A stretch of 64,000 bases of DNA from Clostridia bacterium (GTDB taxonomy: Bacteria > Bacillota > Clostridia > TANB77 > CAG-508), in contig JAGBAJ010000064.1 in the NCBI GenBank assembly GCA_017939755.1, positions 7,023 to 71,022 of the forward strand, written 5' to 3'. Below the pieces are notes generated by a model. It ran no database searches, was not told where the DNA came from, and saw only the letters and a program-made list of their open reading frames with translations. The translations under genes were made by a program, and so were the position numbers. Every line of letters starts with the position of its first letter. Positions within the stretch are counted from its first letter, which is position 1. Positions 46,953-56,392 of this stretch are shown here, piece by piece.

Positions 46953-48716
46953 ATGAAAAAGAATAATTTAAAAAGTGTATTTAAAAAATTATATAAACTT
47001 TTAGATGGAAAGCAAAAGTTTAAATTTTTAATAATTATAGTTATTATGATTGTATCAGCTGCTTTAGCACAAATGACACCTAAGGCAATTGGTTGGCTAA
47101 CAGATGATGTACTTAAAAAGGGAGTATCTTTTGAAAAAGCTATACCATTTTTATTATTTATATTAGTTGTAAATGTAGTTAATGAAATAATAAAAATTGT
47201 AAGACGTGTTATGGTTGAAGATACTGCAACAAGAACAGAAAAGAAAGCAAGAGGGTTAGTAATTGAGTCATTACTAAAAGCACCATTATCATATTTTAGA
47301 CAAAATATGACAGGTAACATTCACGGTAAATTAAATAGATGTTTGGATGGAACAATAAAATTAGAAAAACTTATATTTATGGATTTTGCCCCTGCAATAT
47401 TTAATAGTATAGCAGCAATTATAACAATATTTATAACATTGCCAATAAGCTTGGCAATTCCAATGATGTTTGTAATTCCAATTGGTGTATTTATTGTAAT
47501 GAAACAAATTAATAGTCAAAAGGGAATTAGAGTAGAGCTTTTAGAAAGTAAATCTAAGATGGATGGAACAATTGTAGAGCTTATTAATGGAATAGAAGTT
47601 ATAAGAATTTCTGATAGTTTGGACTTTGAAGTAAATAGATTCGACGATAAGTCGGAATTTTTGCGAAATAAAGAAATGAAACACCATAAAGCAATGGCTT
47701 TATATGATTGTTTTAAATTTATGAATCAAGCAGTGTTTACCGTATTAATTATTGGAATATCAACGTATTTAGCAACAAAAGGGATAATTTCAGTTGGTCA
47801 AGTTTTAACAGCATATTTATGTTTTAATCAACTAATGAAACCTCTAGAAGAGCTACACAGAATATTTGACGAGGTTTCAGAATGTACAGTATTAGCAGGA
47901 GACTTCTTTGATATGGTAGAAATACCAAATGACTTTTCTTTTGATGAGATAAAAACTAAAAAGAGAAATAAGAAAACCGAAGAAATGATTAATATGGATA
48001 AAGTTACATTCTATTATTCAGAAGATAAAAATAAAGTAATATTAGATAATTTTAACATTGATATAGATAAGGGAATGTATCTTGGAATTGCTGGTCCATC
48101 AGGCTGTGGAAAATCATCTCTTATAAAATCAATTTGTAAGTTGGAAAAAGCAAAGGGAACAATAATTATAGACAACAAAAATATAGCAAACTTAAGTAGA
48201 AAAGATATATCAGAAATTATTGCTTTGGTACCACAAACACCATTCTTAATTGCAGGAACTATATACGAAAATATTACATATGGATTGAATAGAGAAGTTA
48301 CACTCCAAGAGGTAGAAGAGGCTGCTAAAAAAGCATACATATATGATTATATAAATGAATTACCAGACAGATTTGATTCGATTATATCTGAAGGAGGAAA
48401 CAACCTATCTGGAGGCCAAAGACAGCGTATAGCAATAGCAAGAATATTCTTAAGAAAACCTAAAATTTTAATTCTGGACGAGGCAACGTCAGCACTAGAT
48501 AATACTTCAGAAAAATATATTCAAGCTGAAATAGAAAAAATGAAGGAAGAGAACAATACCACAATAATTGCAATAGCACATAGATTAACAACTTTGAAAA
48601 ATTGCGATAGAATTATAGTATTAGATAAAGGTAAAATTGCCGAAGATGGAAAATTCAATGATTTAATTAAACAAAAAGGTATATTTAGTAACATGTATAA
48701 GGGAAAATTAAAATAG
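46953..48716 (+). CDS. ABC transporter, fused permease/ATP-binding (type I exporter)
   Basis: Six-TM N-terminal domain, Walker A GPSGCGKSS, signature LSGGQRQR and Walker B ILILDEATS. Confidence 0.93.
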   Translation: MKKNNLKSVFKKLYKLLDGKQKFKFLIIIVIMIVSAALAQMTPKAIGWLTDDVLKKGVSFEKAIPFLLFILVVNVVNEIIKIVRRVMVEDTATRTEKKARGLVIESLLKAPLSYFRQNMTGNIHGKLNRCLDGTIKLEKLIFMDFAPAIFNSIAAIITIFITLPISLAIPMMFVIPIGVFIVMKQINSQKGIRVELLESKSKMDGTIVELINGIEVIRISDSLDFEVNRFDDKSEFLRNKEMKHHKAMALYDCFKFMNQAVFTVLIIGISTYLATKGIISVGQVLTAYLCFNQLMKPLEELHRIFDEVSECTVLAGDFFDMVEIPNDFSFDEIKTKKRNKKTEEMINMDKVTFYYSEDKNKVILDNFNIDIDKGMYLGIAGPSGCGKSSLIKSICKLEKAKGTIIIDNKNIANLSRKDISEIIALVPQTPFLIAGTIYENITYGLNREVTLQEVEEAAKKAYIYDYINELPDRFDSIISEGGNNLSGGQRQRIAIARIFLRKPKILILDEATSALDNTSEKYIQAEIEKMKEENNTTIIAIAHRLTTLKNCDRIIVLDKGKIAEDGKFNDLIKQKGIFSNMYKGKLK

Positions 48717-48787
48717 CAAAGCATCCGAGGTTGAAAGTTAAAATTACTATATTACAAAGCCGTTACTAGATAAACCATTAAATAGTA

Positions 48788-48852
48788 GTTACAATTCATG
48801 GCTTAATTTCATATAAGATTAGCGATATAATTTTATGGCTGTGAATTGTAAC
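48788..48852. mobile_element. MITE family A, short copy A5
   Basis: TIRs gttacaattcatggc / gctgtgaattgtaac. Perfect 8-bp TSD AAATAGTA at 48780-48787 and 48853-48860. Confidence 0.85.
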
Positions 48853-48968
48853 AAATAGTAACGGGACCGGATTAATTTTAAATTTTAATATTGATTTAGA
48901 GTTAATTTATTGATATTATTGTATGTAGATAAGTGTGTAATATAATAATAAGTATAATAGGAGATTAT

Positions 48969-49160
48969 ATGAGAGATTCAAAAGATAAACGAATTAGTCC
49001 TGCTGATGAGATTAAATGTATGAGTGCATTAAAAAGTAAAATGATAGTTGGAGATTATAATAAGGTTATAGCTAGTATGAGAGAAATAGCAGCTATAGAG
49101 CAAGCAATAGAAGAGAAGGATAATGCTAGTAAGAATAAAGAAAATCTAGAAAGAGAATAA
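48969..49160 (+). CDS. hypothetical 63-aa protein
   Basis: ATG at 48969 is preceded by SD aggag. The track starts at GTG 48933. Confidence 0.5.
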   Translation: MRDSKDKRISPADEIKCMSALKSKMIVGDYNKVIASMREIAAIEQAIEEKDNASKNKENLERE

Positions 49161-49183
49161 TCCAAAGAAGGCGGGTGAAATAA

Positions 49184-49642
49184 GTGTCTACAAAAGATAA
49201 GAATTTAAAATATAGAAACGCTTTTTGTGAAGTGTTATTTATAATTGAAAATTTAAGCGAAGAAAATAAAAGCAAAATTTCAAAAGATTTTATCAATTTT
49301 TTAGAAAGAAATAAAAATAAAGACTTTTCCGTTACATTACCAAAAGATGCTCTAGAGCATGAGGAGCTACTATCAAAAGAAACAAAAATAATAATATCCA
49401 TGATTTATAGAGATTATTTTTGCAATGACGAGGAAAAAGCAGAATTCGATAAAACATTAATTGAAAATGAAATTGAAAAGGAAAATGAAGCACAAGCCAA
49501 ATATAGTGTTGATAGGTTATTTAAGAATTATAAGAGGGAAAATCTTGATGAAGCTGAGGAAACAATGCAATTAATGCTATATGAAGAGGCAAAGTGGTAT
49601 AAAAAAATTTGGATAAAAATAAGAAGTCTTTTTATAAAATAA
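49184..49642 (+). CDS. hypothetical 152-aa protein
   Basis: GTG start with SD aaggcggg. The pattern FCEVLFIIENLSEENKSKISKDFINFLERNKNKDF...SMIYRDYFCNDEEK recalls small proteins that often follow phage-type repressors in Firmicutes. This is from memory and unverified. Confidence 0.6.
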   Translation: MSTKDKNLKYRNAFCEVLFIIENLSEENKSKISKDFINFLERNKNKDFSVTLPKDALEHEELLSKETKIIISMIYRDYFCNDEEKAEFDKTLIENEIEKENEAQAKYSVDRLFKNYKRENLDEAEETMQLMLYEEAKWYKKIWIKIRSLFIK

Positions 49643-49659
49643 CAGAATTAAGAAATAAA

Positions 49660-49694
49660 CGCAGGTCATCTAAGTAGGTGGTCTGCGATTTTTC
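49660..49694 (+). terminator. rho-independent terminator
   Basis: cgcaggtca / tggtctgcg stem (two G-U pairs) followed by ATTTTT. Confidence 0.6.
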
Positions 49695-49830
49695 AATTTG
49701 TTCTTCAATAGGAAAGTAACACTTTCCTATTGAAGAAAGGGCTACGCCAGAACAAATGCACACAAAATATATGAAATAAATTTTGGCGCCGAACAAATTC
49801 ACGAAAAATCTTCGATTTTCCGATTTGTTC
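49694..49830 (+). repeat. mosaic repeat family B, copy B5 (lacks the CATCGATTAGCC module)
   Basis: Hairpin CTTCAATAGGAAAGT..ACTTTCCTATTGAAG, the CACACAAAAT..ATTTTGGCGC module, and a terminal GAACAAATTCACGAAAAATC..GATTTTCCGATTTGTTC. Confidence 0.75.
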
Positions 49831-49866
49831 TTTAGCGCAGAGGCAATTTGGCAAGCATTACCTAAG

Positions 49867-49895
49867 TTGACATAAATAGATGGAAATGATATAAT
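49867..49895 (+). promoter_or_regulatory. consensus sigma-A promoter upstream of the kinase-like gene
   Basis: Perfect TTGACA - 17 nt - TATAAT, 72 nt upstream of the ATG at 49967. Confidence 0.65.
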
Positions 49896-49966
49896 TAATA
49901 AGATGTAAAGATGAACAAATGAATTTCCAGTCCAATTACAAATAAATAAAAGTAAGGAGATAAAGT

Positions 49967-51643
49967 ATGGAGAAATATTTAAATGAAATAAGATCCTACG
50001 ATAGTTCGAATGGATGTAGTCAATTAAATATGACATCGATAATCAGAAATATGATTATTGAGTGTAGATATAATCATATAGAAAATGAAAAAGTTACCAA
50101 TTTTATAGACGAAAATTTAGTAGAAATAATTGAAAAATTGACAGCAGAAGAAATAAAGATATTTTCATTGATGTATTTAAAAAATGCAGAATTTTCAAAG
50201 AGTCCAGCTAATCTACTAAAACTATATACAAATATTAATAGAAGAATTGAGTCTGAAATTGAGTCTGGAAATAAAATAAATAAAGAAATGGGTGAAGCTA
50301 TAGAGCAGATAATACAACGTATGCCAAATGTGTGTCAAACGCCAGACTATTTTGAAGATAAATTTCGTATATTGTTTGATTGTGTTGCGTTGCCTGTTAA
50401 AATAAGTGCATATAAAGCCTTGAAGGGAAAGGATGAAGCCTTTGACGATGAAATGAGAGCTGAAATACTTACAAACCTCAAATTATATCTAGATTATCAA
50501 GATGAATCATCCCTTTTAGATATTATGAAAACATTAACAAGTGATGAATTATTTGATGGGTTGTTAGAAGAAGATATTTATACTTTTGTAGACCAATTTA
50601 AAACTATTCAAACTATGGCGATGGAAGGAAAAAAAACAGAGAATATGGAGACCACATCTAAAATTTGTGAGTACTTAGATATGTATTTTAATTCATATAT
50701 TAATAGGATAAACGGAGATGAATCTCAAATTAAGGATTTAATAGATGAATCGGAACCACCATTATCTTTTATGATAATAGATAATTATAAAGATACATCT
50801 TCTACAGAGCTTAGAGATTTTATGAATGATAAGTTAGAGTCATTTAAAAATTGCTATGCCTCATGGCTATTACAAAAATTTAAATATAGTAATTCAATGT
50901 ATGATTCTAATATATATGAGGAAAATTATATAGTTCAGAATTATGAGGTAGTAAGAACCATGTTAGATGAATTACTTAAAAGTGAGAATCAAAGATTGAT
51001 AGATATTAAACAAATTGGACAAGGTGGATCTTCTAGGGTATATCAAATTAAAGATAAAGTGATTAAAATTGGTGAAAAAAGGGTAAACCCTAGAATTCCA
51101 ATGCATAGAAGACTAATACAGCCATTAGTAAGATTGGAACTTGATGATGTTTGTATAGAGGTACAAGATAGGGTGGAAATACGAGATGACATAGAGAAGG
51201 AAGATTTATATCCTATTTTTTGTGAAATGTTAGATGAAGGAATTATATGGGGAGATTCAAAATGTGAAAATGTGGGGGTGTTATTGAAGGATAATGAGGC
51301 AACGCTAAATGGAGAAGTAATATCTGTTAGTCCAGACGCTGTGAACTATGATGTTCGTGAGGGTTGTAGTGTAGCAGAACCGTTGAAAGCTGGTGAACTT
51401 GTAGTTATAGATACTGATTATGTATTTTATGAATCAGAAAGAAATAAAAGACCGAATTTTATGATAGAATGGGCAATAGAGTTTTATGAACGATACAAAA
51501 TAGAGCACCCAGAAAAATATGATCAAAATGGAGAAAGAAAGGCGAATACAATTACTCTAAGTAATAGTGATGGAGATAATAAAGGTCAAGCCGATGGCGA
51601 AAATCCTCCTGCAGAAACAGGACATGATATAGAAAATAGATAA
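49967..51643 (+). CDS. protein with C-terminal protein-kinase-like (PKL) domain and novel helical N-terminal region
   Basis: The C-terminal ~200 aa carry motifs in canonical order: Gly loop IGQGGSSRVY, lysine VIKIG, catalytic loop WGDSKCENVG (D-x-K-x-x-N) and metal-binding VVIDTDY. No motif is recognised in the N-terminal ~340 aa. Confidence 0.65.
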   Translation: MEKYLNEIRSYDSSNGCSQLNMTSIIRNMIIECRYNHIENEKVTNFIDENLVEIIEKLTAEEIKIFSLMYLKNAEFSKSPANLLKLYTNINRRIESEIESGNKINKEMGEAIEQIIQRMPNVCQTPDYFEDKFRILFDCVALPVKISAYKALKGKDEAFDDEMRAEILTNLKLYLDYQDESSLLDIMKTLTSDELFDGLLEEDIYTFVDQFKTIQTMAMEGKKTENMETTSKICEYLDMYFNSYINRINGDESQIKDLIDESEPPLSFMIIDNYKDTSSTELRDFMNDKLESFKNCYASWLLQKFKYSNSMYDSNIYEENYIVQNYEVVRTMLDELLKSENQRLIDIKQIGQGGSSRVYQIKDKVIKIGEKRVNPRIPMHRRLIQPLVRLELDDVCIEVQDRVEIRDDIEKEDLYPIFCEMLDEGIIWGDSKCENVGVLLKDNEATLNGEVISVSPDAVNYDVREGCSVAEPLKAGELVVIDTDYVFYESERNKRPNFMIEWAIEFYERYKIEHPEKYDQNGERKANTITLSNSDGDNKGQADGENPPAETGHDIENR

Positions 51644-51803
51644 TTGTTAATAAACAGCAATGAAGTTTAAAATTTTTAAGGAGATGACAGGTATGTCATA
51701 TATAGAATTTAGGGACGTTAACAAAACATAAGTATTTTCCTTAATCGTAAATAAAATTATTCATTTTTTATAAAGTTAACGCAGCGATCAAATGCCAGAA
51801 ACG

Positions 51804-51832
51804 TTGACAATATCGCGGTTATGTGTAATAAT
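51804..51832 (+). promoter_or_regulatory. candidate sigma-A promoter of the MoxR operon
   Basis: TTGACA - 16/17 nt - TAATAA/AATAAT, about 35 nt upstream of the ATG at 51865. Confidence 0.45.
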
Positions 51833-51864
51833 TGTAGTGAAAAAATTATAAGGAATGGTAAAAT

Positions 51865-52860
51865 ATGGAGGAAGAAAATATATCAAAAATATCTGAACTT
51901 GAATTACAAAAATGTAACGAGATTATAACAAAAATACAAAACTATTATAGTGAAAAAATGGTTGGTCAATATAGACTAAAAGTATCATTATTGGCAGCTG
52001 TAATTGCCAATGGACACATTTTATTAGAATCTGTTCCAGGTTTAGCAAAAACTACTGCTGCAAAAGTATTAACAGAAGCAGTATCTGGTCAATTTTCTAG
52101 AATTCAGTGTACACCGGATTTGTTACCAAGTGATATAGTTGGTACACAAACATTTAATTATGCTACAAATACTTTTGAAACAAAACTAGGTCCCGTGTAT
52201 GCAAATTTTGTTTTGTTAGATGAAATTAATAGATCTAGTGCAAAAACACAAAGTGCTATGCTAGAGGCAATGCAAGAAGGGCAAGCAAGTATTGGTGGTC
52301 AAATATATAAAATGCCAGAGGTATTCATTGTCATAGCAACACAAAATCCAATAGAGCAAGAAGGTACATATATGCTTGCAGAAGCTCAGTTAGATAGATT
52401 TTTATTAAAGGAAAAATTAGATTATCCAACAAAGAGCGAAGAATTAGAAATTTTAAATAGAATAGAAAAAGATGTATTCAGTCAAAGCAAACCTGTATTA
52501 GACTTAAAAAGCATTACTTATTTACAAAATGTTGCCAAAAAGGTCTATATAGATGACTCTATAAAGAAATATATTGTTGATATAATTGATGCAACAAGAA
52601 ATCCTTCAAATGTAATTTCAGAAGATTTAGCTCAGTATGTTACATTGGGGGCGAGTACAAGAGGTGCAATTGCTTTTATGGAAGTTGCTAAAGCAGTTGC
52701 ATTAATAAATGGAAGAAGTTACGTTACCCCAGACGATATTAAATCATTAAGATATAGCGTTCTAAGGCATAGAATATCACTTAGTTATGCCGCAATTGCG
52801 GATAACGTAAGTGTTGAAACAATAATTGATGCTATATTTGGAGCGATACCTACACCATGA
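51865..52860 (+). CDS. MoxR-family AAA+ ATPase
   Basis: Walker A ESVPGLAKT, Walker B FVLLDEINR and sensor region ATQNP. 331 aa. Confidence 0.93.
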   Translation: MEEENISKISELELQKCNEIITKIQNYYSEKMVGQYRLKVSLLAAVIANGHILLESVPGLAKTTAAKVLTEAVSGQFSRIQCTPDLLPSDIVGTQTFNYATNTFETKLGPVYANFVLLDEINRSSAKTQSAMLEAMQEGQASIGGQIYKMPEVFIVIATQNPIEQEGTYMLAEAQLDRFLLKEKLDYPTKSEELEILNRIEKDVFSQSKPVLDLKSITYLQNVAKKVYIDDSIKKYIVDIIDATRNPSNVISEDLAQYVTLGASTRGAIAFMEVAKAVALINGRSYVTPDDIKSLRYSVLRHRISLSYAAIADNVSVETIIDAIFGAIPTP

Positions 52861-53726
52861 TAATGGATTACATCACAAAAATAAAAGCAAATATATCAAT
52901 ATATTCAAATAAAAAAACAATGAATGTTTTAGATGGTTCATATAGATCTATATATAAGGGCCGTAGTATGAACTTTGAAGATTTACGAGAATACGTTATG
53001 GGGGATAATGTTAAAGATATTGATTGGAAAGCTTCTGCAAGAAGCGGAAATTTGCTAGTTAGACAATTTATAGCAGAAAAGAAACATAACATAATGATAG
53101 TTATGGATACAGGAAAAAAGATGTTGGCAGATACAAAGCTAAATGAGAGCAAGAGCAATGTTGCTCTTATGTCAGCAGGTACCATTGCATATTTAGCTAA
53201 TAAAAATGGTGATTATGTTGGATCTGTATATGGAAAAAATAATAAAATAACGTATTTTCCATTTAAATCAGATTTAAATAGCATAGAAAAAATACTTACT
53301 AGCTATAACAAAGACATTCAGACATCTAGTGAGTCTTCTTTGCAGCAGTCATTAGAATATATAAGCAAATATGTAAAAAAGAAAATGATAATTTTTGTAA
53401 TTACAGATATTGATGGAATACAAAATGTTCAAGAAAGAACCTTAAAAAATTTAACAACCATGCACGATGTGTTATTTGTCAATATTACTGATGCAGATAT
53501 AACAAATAATATGGCTTTTGATGTAGAGCGTGAATTATACATACCAAAGCTTATATTTAGTGATAAAAAACTTCACGAATTAGAGAGCAAGTTAAAAGAG
53601 CAAATTTATAAGAATTGGGAAAATAAATTAAAAAGATATGGTATTTTTATGATTTCATTAAATTCAAACAAGGAAATACCGACAAAGGTAATAGAATTAC
53701 TAGAAAGGCATAGGGTTGGAAAGTAA
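52857..53726 (+). CDS. DUF58 domain protein
   Basis: Motif DLREYVMGDNVKDIDWKASARSGNLLVRQF. ATGA overlap with the moxR stop. Confidence 0.9.
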   Translation: MIMDYITKIKANISIYSNKKTMNVLDGSYRSIYKGRSMNFEDLREYVMGDNVKDIDWKASARSGNLLVRQFIAEKKHNIMIVMDTGKKMLADTKLNESKSNVALMSAGTIAYLANKNGDYVGSVYGKNNKITYFPFKSDLNSIEKILTSYNKDIQTSSESSLQQSLEYISKYVKKKMIIFVITDIDGIQNVQERTLKNLTTMHDVLFVNITDADITNNMAFDVERELYIPKLIFSDKKLHELESKLKEQIYKNWENKLKRYGIFMISLNSNKEIPTKVIELLERHRVGK

Positions 53727-53872
53727 TTACAATTTTGGCTATGTCAAATTTCATTTAAAACGCGATTACATACAACGAGTATGCGCCCTTGCCTTTTAAA
53801 TGAAATTTTCCTTGCCAAAATTTAATTCCTTTCCAACTGGATTTATGCCTTGAGGAAGGAATAAGATTGAAA
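53714..53872 (+). repeat. structured repeat family C, copy C2 (intercistronic, DUF58 / small TM gene)
   Basis: A diverged copy that retains all helices through compensatory changes. It overlaps the last codons and stop of the DUF58 gene. Confidence 0.8.
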
Positions 53873-54331
53873 ATGCAAACATCCGTTAATCTACAGGACC
53901 CTTTTTCATATGCAATATATCCAGTTTTTTTTATAATAATTATTTTATTGGTCTACATTATAGTTTTATTTTGTAAACATAAAAATAAGGTAAAAGTTAA
54001 ATCTATATCAAAAAAGCAGGTTGTAGATATCGAAAGAATAAAACCTAGGTACATAAAAAAATTGGATGATGTTGAATATAAATTGGATAGTAAAAAAATT
54101 TCAATAAGAACAGCGTATCAAAGTACAAGCAAGATTATCAGAAACTTTGTACATGAAGTTTCTGGTATTAAAGTTCAAAATTATACGTTAGAAGAAATAA
54201 AAGATTTGAATATGCCAGTATTATATGAGCTGGTAAAAGAGTATTATACGCCAGAGTTTGCTGAGCAATCGTCTGGGAATATAAAAAATTCAATTGAAAA
54301 GACAAGAAAGGTAATAGAAAAATGGAGCTAG
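53873..54331 (+). CDS. small single-TM protein (DUF4381-like position in Bat-type operons)
   Basis: One TM (YAIYPVFFIIIILLVYIIVLF) followed by a soluble tail. ATG at 53873 is chosen by analogy with SD spacing in the other C repeats; the track uses TTG 53867. Confidence 0.65.
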   Translation: MQTSVNLQDPFSYAIYPVFFIIIILLVYIIVLFCKHKNKVKVKSISKKQVVDIERIKPRYIKKLDDVEYKLDSKKISIRTAYQSTSKIIRNFVHEVSGIKVQNYTLEEIKDLNMPVLYELVKEYYTPEFAEQSSGNIKNSIEKTRKVIEKWS

Positions 54332-55317
54332 TATATCCTTGGGTTTTAATTATAGGAATACCTTTATTAATTATTACTATATTATGGAAGATAAAAAGAC
54401 AGGACAAGTTTAAAAGTGGTAGCAAAGTAGCAAATACAAAATATGTAACGAATATGCCATATTATAAAAAAATAATGAGGAAATATAAATTCTTATCTGC
54501 CACTATAAAAGTAGTCTGTGTGTTAACCATTATATTATCACTAATACTTTTTGCTAGACCTGTTTCAGTAGATACAATCGAACCAGAAAAGTATAACAGA
54601 GATATTTTTCTATGTATGGATATTTCTACATCAGTTATTACGATAAATAAACAAGTTGTGCAGCAATTTAAGAAAATTGTAAAGGAACTGAATGGGGAAA
54701 GAATTGGAATTACCATATTTAATCGTTCAGCGGTAATTATGGTACCACTTACAGATGACTATGATTATCTGTTGGATACATTAGATAAGTTAGAGGAGGG
54801 TTTTGACTCATTCGGAGAAAATGCTAATATAGTCAGTTTGTCAGACTATTATTACAATTATGCAGGAACAATGGAAGGTCCAGATGAAAGGGGATCTTCG
54901 CTTATAGGTGATGGTTTAGCATCATGCGTTTATGGGTTTTCAAATTTAGAAGAAAATAGAGCGAGAACCATTATATTTTCTACAGATAATGATTTACAAG
55001 GAACTCCAATATACACATTAAAAGAAGCGGCGCAGGTTTGTAAAAGTAAAGGAGTAACTGTTTATGGGATAACTACAAGTTTGGTTCGTAATGAAGAGGA
55101 TTTTAAAGATGCAATGGAATTAACTGGAGGGAATTTATATCAATCAGATTCTTCAACAACAATAAAAGATATAGTAGAAAATATAAATAATAGAGAAAAA
55201 ACTCTACTTAAAGAAAATAAAAAAACAATAAAAACTGGTATTCCTCAAGTTCCATTTATAATGTTGGTTATATCAATACTAGTTTTGTTTGTATTAAATA
55301 AAAGGGTGAATTTATGA
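54322..55317 (+). CDS. vWA-domain membrane protein (BatA-like)
   Basis: Two N-terminal TMs, a vWA domain with MIDAS DISTS and a C-terminal TM. Confidence 0.85.
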   Translation: MELVYPWVLIIGIPLLIITILWKIKRQDKFKSGSKVANTKYVTNMPYYKKIMRKYKFLSATIKVVCVLTIILSLILFARPVSVDTIEPEKYNRDIFLCMDISTSVITINKQVVQQFKKIVKELNGERIGITIFNRSAVIMVPLTDDYDYLLDTLDKLEEGFDSFGENANIVSLSDYYYNYAGTMEGPDERGSSLIGDGLASCVYGFSNLEENRARTIIFSTDNDLQGTPIYTLKEAAQVCKSKGVTVYGITTSLVRNEEDFKDAMELTGGNLYQSDSSTTIKDIVENINNREKTLLKENKKTIKTGIPQVPFIMLVISILVLFVLNKRVNL

Positions 55318-56261
55318 CAATATATCCAATTATACCCATATGGATTATGGGATTAATATGCATTATATTTTTAGTATTTATAATAGTTAAAGGTAGAAAA
55401 AAATGGGGATTAGTAAGACAAATTTTAATTTTAGTGTTACTATTCGTAATAAATCTTAGACCAATGATAGTATCACCAGATGCACAAATTTTATCAAGCA
55501 ACTATGATGTTTTATTTGTGGTGGATAATACCTTAAGTATGCGTGCAGAAGACTACAATGGAAAAGAGAGAAGAATTGACGCCGTAAAAGCAGATTGCAA
55601 ATATATAATGGAAGAGCTGGATGGATCAAGGTTCTCTGTTATTTCTTTTAATAATGATTCTCAAGTATTAGTACCATATACTAGAGATACAAATTTAGCT
55701 TATGAATCAATAGAGGTTATTCGTACAATAGATACATTGTATGCTAGAGGGAGTACACTTAATGTTGCAAAAGATGCAATTAAGGAATCATTAGAGAGCG
55801 CGTCAAACGAGTCTAATAGAAAGAAAATTATTTTCTTTATAAGTGATGGAGAAATAACAAATGGAGAAAAGCTAAAATCGTTTTCAGAGATAAAAAAATA
55901 TGTAGATGATGGAGCTGTGCTTGGTTATGGAACAAAAAAAGGCGGTAAGATATTAGTTAAGGATACATTTGAAGAGGAATATTATTATTTACAAGATAAG
56001 TCAGGTTATCCATATGTAGATGCAGTTTCTGTGATTGATGAAGACAATTTAAAAGATATAGCTAAAGATATTGGCATAGATTACATAAATATGAATAAGC
56101 AATCAAATATTACATCAAAAATAAATGAGTTAAAGAAGGGAAAGGTATCTGATATTAGCCCTGAGAATATAAGCTCTTTTACAGATATATATTACTTTTT
56201 TGTAATACCATTAATTGTTTTATTGATGTTTGAATTTTTTTATTATAAAAGAAAATTGTAA
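55314..56261 (+). CDS. vWA-domain membrane protein (BatB-like)
   Basis: N-terminal TMs, a vWA domain with MIDAS-like DNTLS and a C-terminal TM. ATGA overlap with the previous gene. Confidence 0.85.
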   Translation: MTIYPIIPIWIMGLICIIFLVFIIVKGRKKWGLVRQILILVLLFVINLRPMIVSPDAQILSSNYDVLFVVDNTLSMRAEDYNGKERRIDAVKADCKYIMEELDGSRFSVISFNNDSQVLVPYTRDTNLAYESIEVIRTIDTLYARGSTLNVAKDAIKESLESASNESNRKKIIFFISDGEITNGEKLKSFSEIKKYVDDGAVLGYGTKKGGKILVKDTFEEEYYYLQDKSGYPYVDAVSVIDEDNLKDIAKDIGIDYINMNKQSNITSKINELKKGKVSDISPENISSFTDIYYFFVIPLIVLLMFEFFYYKRKL

Positions 56262-56346
56262 TTAAAAAAGAAATTTTATTGCATAAAATTTTGCACAGAA
56301 TAGATTTGCTCTTATAGGAAAATTATAATTTTAGAAAATTTTTCAT

Positions 56347-56392
56347 AATTATGTGAGCCTTTGAATGAAGTGAGAAAGGAACGAATTTTAAC
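56347..56392 (+). repeat. family C 3' module only, copy C4 (upstream of the TPR gene)
   Basis: attatgtgagcctttgaatgaagtgagaaaggaacgaattttaacATG aligns with C1 actatgtgtgccttttagaaaggaatgaattttttATG. Confidence 0.5.

Noticed and set aside
51693-51731. 12-aa mini-ORF MSYIEFRDVNKT with SD aaggag between the kinase-like gene and moxR.
   Set aside because: It is too short to support without conservation or ribosome-profiling data. It overlaps an ATGACA/TGTCAT hairpin that may be the real feature.
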